DNA of 64,000 nt from a virus. The translations under genes and the position numbers were made by a program. The notes below the pieces were generated by a model, which was not told the DNA's origin, did no database searches, and saw nothing but the letters and a program-made list of their open reading frames with translations. Location of the stretch: the IMG/VR virus record IMGVR_UViG_3300003309_000009, positions 47,859-111,858 of that record. One strand, 5' to 3'. This document shows positions 56,106 through 64,000 of the stretch, piece by piece (position 1 is the first letter of the stretch; each line of letters begins with the position of its first letter).

Positions 56106-56428
56106 ACTGGAGACTCCGATGCTAATGTAATGAACATATCGCCATTTCTCTCTACAGAACTTTCAATGACAAATCCTTGATAATCTTCAAGATTATCAAT
56201 ACCTAATAGTGCTACAACCTTATCATACATTGTGTCAATCCATCCCATAAGGATCTCTGGATCGACTTTATCAAAATAAGCGTCAATTATAGCGGCACGT
56301 AAGGGCTCATCCGGATTGAGGACATTATTTAAAACCTCCTCAAAGATTACCTTTTGTAAAGAGTGGTCTTGAAAGAATGATGACTCGATAGCAATTATTA
56401 GTTTACTTTTTACTGGATCAACTTCCAT
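56102..56428 (-). CDS. Small acidic protein, tandem array member 2
   Basis: 108 aa; ends FVIESSVERNGDMFITL. Confidence 0.7.
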   Translation of the reverse strand: MEVDPVKSKLIIAIESSFFQDHSLQKVIFEEVLNNVLNPDEPLRAAIIDAYFDKVDPEILMGWIDTMYDKVVALLGIDNLEDYQGFVIESSVERNGDMFITLASESPV

Positions 56429-56766
56429 TCTACAATAACCTCATTGATACCTCTGAACTCTACGTCAAATACATAGAATTCTTGTAGCTGATTTATTTCT
56501 ACAGGTGTCATGGCTTTTGTAACGGCAGCAACTACTAAATTAAATGAATCCTCCCAGAAAGATTTTATACGTCTTTCATTCTCTAGTGTTAAATCATTAT
56601 CCTCTACGGCTTCTAAGGCCTCCTCAAGCGTTTTATTAAACATAGCCATACATCCGCCTTTAGCGAACATAAATGCTGCAGGAACAAGCTCCTGCAGCAC
56701 CTCGGCACTTAAATTAAAATTCTCCATCCCAATGAGGGTATGGATAGAAATTTTAGTATCGTTCAA
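56410..56766 (-). CDS. Small acidic protein, tandem array member 1
   Basis: 118 aa; ends FYVFDVEFRGINEVIVEW. Confidence 0.7.
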   Translation of the reverse strand: MNDTKISIHTLIGMENFNLSAEVLQELVPAAFMFAKGGCMAMFNKTLEEALEAVEDNDLTLENERRIKSFWEDSFNLVVAAVTKAMTPVEINQLQEFYVFDVEFRGINEVIVEWKLIQ

Positions 56767-58325
56767 ATGACTACTCCAGTATCGATGAGCTTTCTTTCCT
56801 TCATATAAGCCTGAAAGAGCTCATGTTTGGTATCATGATACCTTTGATGAACGGGAATATTAAGGGCTACAAAATATCCAAAGTTTGGATAAGTATCCTC
56901 ATACCATCTATCAAGTGGGCGCAAACGCCCTGGAACTTGAATGTTTTTCTCACGACTATTAAGCGCATTGGTCATGATAGCAGTTGCTAGTTTCTTGACA
57001 TCCTTACCTGTACCGGCTGACTGTACTGTTGTACAGACAATGTCATTCTCTTTAAGATTCTCCTCAGGATGTTCCCTTGTAAAAGGAACAACACTATAAT
57101 CAGGATATTGCTTAGAAAGAAATTCTGCGGCTCGAGCACACATATCTACACTAGCAAAGAAGATGATACATTTCTGACCTTCTTGGTAACATCTAAAGAA
57201 TAGATAATCAACAACCTTTTTAACAAAGTCATAATACCTAGTCTCTAGATCCGCATTCTCCATAATCGACTGCTCCAATACGTTATGGGAATAGTTACCC
57301 TGTTTGTCCTTATACTTAAGTTTCCTAGGATACTCAAAGGTAAAGGCAATCGCATGTGAGATAATATACTTTTCCCAAGACAATAATTTACATCGATACT
57401 CCAATGGAAATATTGTCTCATAGAGCATATTCTTAAACTTATCGTGAGATTCGATTGTGGCTGAGAGGTATAAGCACTTAGCGACAGATGTTTCAGTATC
57501 TAGTTTGAAGTTGAAGTTAAGGTTCTCATGAGCCTCATCGCCAATTCTAAAACCAACGCCAAGTAGTTTGAATAGATCAATCGGGTTACAACCATAGCCC
57601 GAGGTGCCATTCTTTAAATACTCATTAATATAATCACGCATAGTGTTTACACTAACTAATATAAAACTGCAATCCAACTCACCCATCTGTGCTTCCTTGA
57701 TGAGCTTCTTTAACATTAAACCGCCTCGAATGATACGGATTTGTTTCTCATCCGTAACATCAAAGAGAGATTTTATCTCATCCTGCCAAGTAATAAGGTG
57801 GGATGCGCCCATCACTGCAAGTGTCCTAACTCCCATTTTAGCACAAGAGTATAGTGCAGTAAATGTTTTACCATATCCCGGTTGCGCCGGTAATATATAA
57901 CTCTTCCCAGAATTTAATAGATCCTCAATTACCGGACCTTGTTTATCCCTCGGAGCGACACCCTCCTTTAGTTTGATAGTAACAGGGGTACCTTCATAGG
58001 CCGCATGGTGGGTCATTTTAATCTCAGTATCTAAAACGTTTTTACGTTTTAAATGTTCCAAAATCTTAGGCAATAGATTAGCATGAAAACCAAACGTTCT
58101 GGTCTTAGAATTAAAGGTACCGTAAGTATCCTTTGCCTTTCTCACCCTACCCCTACCAGGCACCCATTGCTGACCATATGATGTTAATGACTTAGAATAC
58201 TCAAACATGATTTCTTTATCATTCTCATAGCATACGCGAATATGGGCACCGTGATTATAAACATCAATTATAAAGCGAACCATTATAATAATTACGGAGG
58301 GTATTATCCCCCCGCCCTCAATCAA
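56763..58325 (-). CDS. Superfamily 2 (DEAH) helicase (gp75-like)
   Basis: Walker A PGYGKT, Walker B DEAH, motif III SAT, TTVQSAGTGKD and QVPGRLR. Confidence 0.9.
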   Translation of the reverse strand: MIEGGGIIPSVIIIMVRFIIDVYNHGAHIRVCYENDKEIMFEYSKSLTSYGQQWVPGRGRVRKAKDTYGTFNSKTRTFGFHANLLPKILEHLKRKNVLDTEIKMTHHAAYEGTPVTIKLKEGVAPRDKQGPVIEDLLNSGKSYILPAQPGYGKTFTALYSCAKMGVRTLAVMGASHLITWQDEIKSLFDVTDEKQIRIIRGGLMLKKLIKEAQMGELDCSFILVSVNTMRDYINEYLKNGTSGYGCNPIDLFKLLGVGFRIGDEAHENLNFNFKLDTETSVAKCLYLSATIESHDKFKNMLYETIFPLEYRCKLLSWEKYIISHAIAFTFEYPRKLKYKDKQGNYSHNVLEQSIMENADLETRYYDFVKKVVDYLFFRCYQEGQKCIIFFASVDMCARAAEFLSKQYPDYSVVPFTREHPEENLKENDIVCTTVQSAGTGKDVKKLATAIMTNALNSREKNIQVPGRLRPLDRWYEDTYPNFGYFVALNIPVHQRYHDTKHELFQAYMKERKLIDTGVVI

Positions 58326-58330
58326 CCCAT

Positions 58331-60316
58331 TTATACTGAGCCGTTAATACCCTCTAAGATAGGGTCCAGCATATGACGCTGGCGTTTAACCGGCATATAC
58401 AATTCGGGTCTGGTTACTGCATTGTGTTGATCCTGGTTGGCCAGCATACTAGACACTGTACGGTTTTGGAGAAGGGTCATGGCATCTTCGAAATAGAAAT
58501 CCATTGATGCTCTAGGTAATCGATAAGCCGTACCTGAAGCTTCCTCAACCATACATGCCGCAACATATATCTCTGCATTAATGATATTGAATTTAAACCG
58601 TTTCTCAAGCAACTGAACAATCTCTGACAATGCTCTACCCGGCGTTCTACATGAAGTAATACCTGTATCGCTATTTTGTTCGGGCATGAAGAATGATTTA
58701 ACCTCCTGTTGATACAAGAAGATATTGTCACCGCGGCGCGGTGTTACCATTAATGGTTTCGTATGATCCCATCCGCTGAGTTGAAACTCAATGTACCGGG
58801 TATGCATCTCCCAACCGTTTTCTTTGAGATATTGTAAAAGTTCAGCAGATAATGCTGAACCACTACCACATACGGTAGTACTGATATCATCATACATCAT
58901 GGTATTCTCACCCTTACGATCAGACGGTGATATCGATAAACCTTTAACATGAGTTACCGCAGCTGGAGATAGTTCTGCCACAGATGTTGTATGAATATTA
59001 CCAAGTTGTTTTACCGACTCAATAGGAATTCTAATCCAAGGATTTCTCCTAGCCGCAGAAGCGGTCATATAAACCTTACCTGGATCTTTGGCATAAAGTT
59101 TTAACCACTTTAAACCAATTGAGTTAAGCTCTAGAACATTATTACTAGCTGAACCCTCATAATGTTTAGTACTTAGCAATAACTGAGATAGAATTGCACA
59201 AATATTGGTGCATAGTGTAAAGCCAAGGTTGGTCCCAGGTGGGATGAAGTATGATGATAACCCAATACAAGTCTTACAACGTGTTTGTGGGTCATGGTTA
59301 TTACATCCCATTAGTGTGCGAAGTTGGATAACCGTACCTTCTTCTAGGGTCTCATCAACCAATACAGCTTTACCATCAACCATGTGGAATTTACCCTCCA
59401 ATAGCCCCATGTGGTTCGGTGGTACAATGTACGGTAATGTTTTAAAGCCTTTACAGGTATCACCCTTAATAGACATGATCGTAGAACAAACTAACTGCAT
59501 CTGGCGGTTAAACCATTCAGACTGCTGTAGTGGAATCATGTTATTCAATAGTGCCCTGGCAGCTGAGCGAGACTCAGTAGCACAATCATAGAGCGATGGA
59601 AAACCCTCGGCATAACCACGGTTGATTGGAGTAGGAAATACTTCACCATTGATATCCTGGAGAAAACCACGGATACCTACCAACTGTAACATACCGCCCT
59701 TACGTGCAATATCGGCCCTACACATCTTCTTTAGGTTATTGGTTTCAGATAACGTACTTTTATTATACAGTACATCGGCCACCTTGTCATTAGCAACGGC
59801 AATGGCCTCTTCTACTTCTCTACCCATGATATCATCGGATGAGATTTTATCATAGTAATCCTGCTTGGCCTTTGTAATAGTCGGGTCACTTAATACTTCG
59901 GCAATATCATGCAGTGAGCCAGTATTACTGTACCTCAACAGATTGTTGTCTACGTAGTTATAAACCAAATTGGTAACTTCATAGATAGCCTTACCAATAT
60001 CAAAGATATCGTACTTATTATCCCAATAATTATCAGGGTTGATACCTGATAGAAAGATTGTCATACGCATACTTTCACAAATAGATCTGTGTGTACCGGC
60101 ATCATATTTACCGATACACGCATGACTTTTCTTTATAGGACAGTCTGGATAAATGCGATGAGGGTGCCAGTATAGGTATGAGATGACTAGCTGCTCTTTA
60201 GTCATCCTAGCCTTACCATCATCAAACTCTACCAGATGGAATCCGGGTTCTAAACCATGGACTTCCTTCTCTGGGGAAAGTGCGAGTTTTTTAGCATTGA
60301 GGACTTTGTTTCCCAT
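58331..60316 (-). CDS. Non-virion RNAP beta-prime C-terminal subunit (gp74-like)
   Basis: QLVGIRGF, bridge helix ESRSAARALL...SEWFNRQMQL, zinc site C..C...CKTCIG and QLLLSTKH. Confidence 0.88.
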   Translation of the reverse strand: MGNKVLNAKKLALSPEKEVHGLEPGFHLVEFDDGKARMTKEQLVISYLYWHPHRIYPDCPIKKSHACIGKYDAGTHRSICESMRMTIFLSGINPDNYWDNKYDIFDIGKAIYEVTNLVYNYVDNNLLRYSNTGSLHDIAEVLSDPTITKAKQDYYDKISSDDIMGREVEEAIAVANDKVADVLYNKSTLSETNNLKKMCRADIARKGGMLQLVGIRGFLQDINGEVFPTPINRGYAEGFPSLYDCATESRSAARALLNNMIPLQQSEWFNRQMQLVCSTIMSIKGDTCKGFKTLPYIVPPNHMGLLEGKFHMVDGKAVLVDETLEEGTVIQLRTLMGCNNHDPQTRCKTCIGLSSYFIPPGTNLGFTLCTNICAILSQLLLSTKHYEGSASNNVLELNSIGLKWLKLYAKDPGKVYMTASAARRNPWIRIPIESVKQLGNIHTTSVAELSPAAVTHVKGLSISPSDRKGENTMMYDDISTTVCGSGSALSAELLQYLKENGWEMHTRYIEFQLSGWDHTKPLMVTPRRGDNIFLYQQEVKSFFMPEQNSDTGITSCRTPGRALSEIVQLLEKRFKFNIINAEIYVAACMVEEASGTAYRLPRASMDFYFEDAMTLLQNRTVSSMLANQDQHNAVTRPELYMPVKRQRHMLDPILEGINGSV

Positions 60317-60333
60317 TTATTTCTCCCAATCTT

Positions 60334-62406
60334 TTATTCTGCATGATCAATGATTTCTGAACCCATAGTACCCAACACATGTCTAGTGAAACCAATTGCC
60401 CGCGACCCACCATAAGGAACTTCCGCTCTACTTACCATATGTGGAAGTTTAGCAGGATGTTTACTGTGGTACATATTTCTAATCGATGCTCTATGTGCCA
60501 CGGGGTTATTAGCAAGGTCCAGTAGGTTTGCTACAACGTCTGTACCTATCGATGCAGACAATAGTCTAACCTCTGTCTCACCCAAAACACGCGTCGCATG
60601 AATCTTACTTGGGTTAGCCGTTCTTGAATTCGGACTACTACTACTAATAAGACCATGATGTTGTAGTACAGCGCTTGACACAGCCATTGGCTTCTGATCG
60701 GATTTCTCTAAAACGATCATATGCTTTTTGCCAACTAAAATTGGATCACGGCTATAGATCTCACGACCATCACGATAGAAAAGTTTCAATGGAGCATATG
60801 TTGGTGGGGCAACTTTCATAATGTCAAAGTATGCTTGTATCCCATGGTGTGGTGACACCGGACTAATTACCAGGTGTAGTTCATTTTCAACGATATGCTT
60901 TATATGTTGATCCTGTAGCTCCGGTGTAGTATGTACCTCCATACATATCTCATAGTTTTCTGGAGCTGCCGCCTTATAATAGCTCATCAAGTAATCCCAT
61001 AACTCGCTATTGGGAACTTTACCATAGCCATCTCTTAATTTTCGCTCTACTGTGCTCATAGACGCTGAGTAGAACTGTTCGTAAAACTGTCCTGGATTAA
61101 GTCGTGAAACGGCACCTTTAACAAACGCCATAACATCAACACGGGTTCCATCAGCAGCCAATGGCATCAGATGTTTTGGAGTAATCTTACAAACAACACC
61201 CTTACCACCAAATAAATCGGTTAGCTTAGAACCAAGGCCCAACTTCTTACGCTTTTGAAAGAATACTTCAACACGGTACTCATCAATAGGAACCTTCTTA
61301 TAATCCCGTCTAACAAGACCTACAGATTTACCGCCAACAAAATTACGCTTATCATTAGGATCGAAACCAAGTGAGTCTACGATAAGTCTTTGTAGGGCAG
61401 GTGTCATACTGGAGTTATGCTCTTTGAAGATTTGCTTATCGAGTTCACGAAGTCCTTCATGATATTGTCTAACATTCTCGATATAATGGCGAGTCTGAAG
61501 AGACATCTTCGGATCCATAACTTCGACAGTTCTAACTTCATTAACACCCGAGTATGCGGTAATGTCATATATCTCTGCACCAGGGATTGATGAGTATACC
61601 CGCTGATCTGTGATCATGTCAACTTTTCGAAGATTCTTAGGTAACATCTCTACAACGTTATAGCGATCGTTATAATCACGAGTTGCAAATAGTAGGCCTG
61701 TATCTGGAATCTTTTCACCAATGTCTGGAAAGACTTTATAGTTATCTTTATCCCCGTGGATATTTAAGGGATAACGTTTTCTACCAAAGCTGAGTACCTC
61801 ACTGCTCATTTCCAGTGGACTCATCTTATCCAAGAATTCGTCGGATACCTCAAAGCCATCTTCAATTACTGCCGAAGCAGAAACATAGGCAACATTAGCA
61901 TTAACACCACCGCCATACATAAAGTTTTCATCGATACTTGGACTTCTAGCTAATACGGTACCCTCTTCGATTGGGAAGCCTTTTCTCAATTGTTTAACAA
62001 TTGGCGAATGAATATATTCGAAACCAAATACCTTATGATTGGATTTAAAACGAGGAATTTCAATGAAATCATATTCACCAGTATCTTGGCGTCTAAACAC
62101 TACAGTGATGATTGGATTTTGACGATTGCCGTTAACAGTTGCAACAGTGCGGTATTTATAATAAACACCAACCACATTACCATTAACAGGCATTACTACA
62201 TTAAATGAATGCTCAGCCAGCTGTGACTCAAAGCCTGGAATTGCCTTGGGTAGATCTGGTTTTTTAACAACCAACTCCTGGCCCTTGTGGGAGGACAGCA
62301 TTTGGATACGAGATGATGAATTAAACATGATCCAAGGCGATAGTGTGGCTGCTAGGCCCAATGCCTCTATGGAGCAGGGGAGCTTTAAATCGTCAGAAAC
62401 TCGCAT
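60334..62406 (-). CDS. Non-virion RNAP beta C-terminal subunit (gp71-73-like), uninterrupted
   Basis: NSSSRIQMLSSH, IEDGFEVS, GSKLTDLFGGKGVV, RLNPGQFYEQ and RVLGETEVR. Confidence 0.9.
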   Translation of the reverse strand: MRVSDDLKLPCSIEALGLAATLSPWIMFNSSSRIQMLSSHKGQELVVKKPDLPKAIPGFESQLAEHSFNVVMPVNGNVVGVYYKYRTVATVNGNRQNPIITVVFRRQDTGEYDFIEIPRFKSNHKVFGFEYIHSPIVKQLRKGFPIEEGTVLARSPSIDENFMYGGGVNANVAYVSASAVIEDGFEVSDEFLDKMSPLEMSSEVLSFGRKRYPLNIHGDKDNYKVFPDIGEKIPDTGLLFATRDYNDRYNVVEMLPKNLRKVDMITDQRVYSSIPGAEIYDITAYSGVNEVRTVEVMDPKMSLQTRHYIENVRQYHEGLRELDKQIFKEHNSSMTPALQRLIVDSLGFDPNDKRNFVGGKSVGLVRRDYKKVPIDEYRVEVFFQKRKKLGLGSKLTDLFGGKGVVCKITPKHLMPLAADGTRVDVMAFVKGAVSRLNPGQFYEQFYSASMSTVERKLRDGYGKVPNSELWDYLMSYYKAAAPENYEICMEVHTTPELQDQHIKHIVENELHLVISPVSPHHGIQAYFDIMKVAPPTYAPLKLFYRDGREIYSRDPILVGKKHMIVLEKSDQKPMAVSSAVLQHHGLISSSSPNSRTANPSKIHATRVLGETEVRLLSASIGTDVVANLLDLANNPVAHRASIRNMYHSKHPAKLPHMVSRAEVPYGGSRAIGFTRHVLGTMGSEIIDHAE

Positions 62407-62482
62407 ATTTTCTCCTATTATATTTTATCATTACACTAGACACTACCTAATTTTAATTACAAATAGTATGCGTAGCATTTTA

Positions 62483-62507
62483 ATAATGTACAAATAAAGA
62501 TTTTTTT
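62483..62507 (-). promoter_or_regulatory. Class B candidate promoter for the nvRNAP-helicase operon
   Basis: Minus strand AAAAAAATCTTTATTTGTACATTAT, near-identical to 11907-11930. Confidence 0.6.
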
Positions 62508-62528
62508 ATTTTAAGGTGGGATTTTACC

Positions 62529-62873
62529 ATGGCAATGTCCATTCAAAAACATCTTGTAAGACCAAAAGAACCGCGTTTTTATACAGATGGCTTTAGACAG
62601 ACCTTTGAAGATCATCTACATGACATTGCTGACAATGGTATCGATCGTTTGGTTGAAGTTGTTAACAACGACATGGTTGTTTACAAAGGGGATTTTTACG
62701 GACTCTTAATCAAACACAATGTACCTGTTGACCTGCATTGGTTTACCTTGCGTTTAAATGGGTTACATAGTCCACTGGATTACCCAGGTACACCTATAAC
62801 TGTAAAGATACCATCTAAAAGCTATCTAGAAAAACTATTAAAGAGATACACGAATCGTACCTCTCAAATATAA
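62529..62873 (+). CDS. Small baseplate-wedge-like protein (T4 gp53/LysM-related)
   Basis: YKGDFYGLL..HNVP..LHWFTLRLNGLHSPLDYPG...IKIPS. Confidence 0.55.
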   Translation: MAMSIQKHLVRPKEPRFYTDGFRQTFEDHLHDIADNGIDRLVEVVNNDMVVYKGDFYGLLIKHNVPVDLHWFTLRLNGLHSPLDYPGTPITVKIPSKSYLEKLLKRYTNRTSQI

Positions 62874-62879
62874 AAAATT

Positions 62880-62903
62880 AAAGGGAGTCTTATGACTCCC
62901 TTT
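62880..62903. terminator. Bidirectional terminator
   Basis: AAAGGGAGTC-TTAT-GACTCCCTTT at a convergent junction. Confidence 0.85.
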
Positions 62904-62915
62904 ATGTCGGGATTG

Positions 62916-64000
62916 TTAGTAATGGTAATGGCTATTTTGCGCAGGTTGAGTATATGAGAAGGAATTATTTTGCATAACCACCGCCTGACGACTCATTGGT
63001 CGACGCTGCTGCGGCTGCCAACCGCCGCCGTGACCACCAAAGCCCATACGACTATGTTGCTGTGGAGGTGGATTATAACCACCATAGCCACCCGCTGGCA
63101 TTTGATTAGCACTTACATCTTTTCTCACAGCCCAACCGCCTTTTGGCAAGGGTTCGTCATTGTGCAACGGAGCATTGTTATGGGCACCAGCAGCATAGTT
63201 ATCCGGATCTTCTTGACCAAACTCTAGAGGTTGTTTCTGACGGGTTCCCGGCACGGAAGTACTTGTGGTAGTGGCACGCTGAACAGGTGTTTTGCTCATA
63301 CCCATGGGTTTAGGCTTTGGTACTTCAGGTGCGGCTGTCTTAGCTGTAGACTTAAGATCAACGCCGATGTTACCTTCACTAGGCATTGGTAGAAACTGCT
63401 TTGAAAGTGCAGGTAGGTCTTTATAAGCATCAACCCAGCTCAAATCAATACGCTTAGTTTCACCTTTATTTTTACCAAGTTGATCATGAATAAGATTCAA
63501 GTGTTCAGCACAAGTTTTATACATCTCAACTAAGGTATCTAGACCAGGCATTGTCTTAGAATTTGACCCAACCGCTGTGGTATCAGGAGCCAACAATGAA
63601 TAAATGTGACGCATTGCTGTATCTGAATTTTTAGACATCTTCACATCACCGAATTTACCTTCCGGTGAATTTAATAACGGGATGTCCATTTTACAAACGC
63701 GGGCATACTTAGTACCATCAATCAAACGACCACGTACCACATTCAATGTGATAGTAGGTGTAGGACGCTTAGCATTTCTAGCCTTACGCTGTACCTTACC
63801 ATAGTCACTAATTGTAGTTTTACTAATAGGAGGTAAGCCATCAATCAGTTTTCGAGTAGCAACACGAGCTTTGTCGTATGCTTCTTTATCTAATGCTAAT
63901 GATAAGATGGTGTAAGTGGTAAGATCCGCAGCCATTGTTAAGCGAATTGTGAATAATTCAATGAGTCGGTTTAATACCTCGGAATTACCTTTAACAACAC
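62916..64000 (-). CDS. Conserved protein (gp70-like), probably N-terminally truncated by the window, with a Q/G/P/Y-rich tail
   Basis: The frame stays open upstream of the track ATG to base 64000 (VVKGNSEVLNRLIELFTIRLT-MAADL). VVRGRLIDGTKYARV motif; low-complexity C-terminus. Confidence 0.7.
   Translation of the reverse strand, partial: VVKGNSEVLNRLIELFTIRLTMAADLTTYTILSLALDKEAYDKARVATRKLIDGLPPISKTTISDYGKVQRKARNAKRPTPTITLNVVRGRLIDGTKYARVCKMDIPLLNSPEGKFGDVKMSKNSDTAMRHIYSLLAPDTTAVGSNSKTMPGLDTLVEMYKTCAEHLNLIHDQLGKNKGETKRIDLSWVDAYKDLPALSKQFLPMPSEGNIGVDLKSTAKTAAPEVPKPKPMGMSKTPVQRATTTSTSVPGTRQKQPLEFGQEDPDNYAAGAHNNAPLHNDEPLPKGGWAVRKDVSANQMPAGGYGGYNPPPQQHSRMGFGGHGGGWQPQQRRPMSRQAVVMQNNSFSYTQPAQNSHYHY

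Noticed and set aside
8919-62406. Introns, inteins or homing endonucleases in RNAP, helicase, DnaB or polymerase genes (phiKZ has an interrupted gp71-73)
   Set aside because: All are continuous ORFs of expected size, with no intein termini or nuclease motifs seen.
8057-63227. Numerous 60-190 aa ORFs antisense or out of frame within long genes (for example 8362..8811, 24414..24980, 28672..29019, 38147..38551, 59205..59591)
   Set aside because: Fully nested in well-supported genes, with no RBS or recognisable motifs; expected shadows of biased codon use.
1-64000. CRISPR array, tRNA genes, diversity-generating retroelement, stop-codon reassignment
   Set aside because: No regularly spaced repeats, cloverleaf motifs or reverse transcriptase seen. 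Genes end normally at TAA, TAG and TGA. A tRNAscan-SE run would be needed to exclude tRNAs firmly.

Overview
AT-rich, densely coding 64 kb segment of a phiKZ-like (Chimalliviridae, nucleus-forming) jumbo phage. It contains the conserved core block: partial portal, baseplate/neck/head genes, RuvC, three non-virion RNA polymerase subunits, one virion RNAP subunit, major capsid protein, DnaB, a tandem array of inner-head proteins with A/G-x-E maturation sites, the exonuclease half of the split family-B DNA polymerase and an SF2 helicase. Accessory islands lie at about 16-23.5 kb, 45.6-49.6 kb and 54.5-56.8 kb. phiKZ gp numbers below come from recalled motifs and synteny, not from a database search. 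The best leads are: (1) a T-TTT-TTT slippery site at 50139-50145 that would fuse a 557-aa conserved protein to an otherwise start-less 153-codon reading frame, resembling a lambda G/GT or P2 E/E' tail-assembly-chaperone frameshift; (2) a structured, terminator-ended candidate small RNA at about 17705-17811 with an anti-Shine-Dalgarno loop; (3) an intact M48-like zinc-protease motif set in a probable ejected head protein; (4) a roughly 670-aa repeated beta-rich extension fused to a baseplate protein; (5) repeated promoter motifs, one followed by an unannotated 31-aa membrane peptide. I saw no tRNA, rRNA, CRISPR array, intron, intein or reverse transcriptase.
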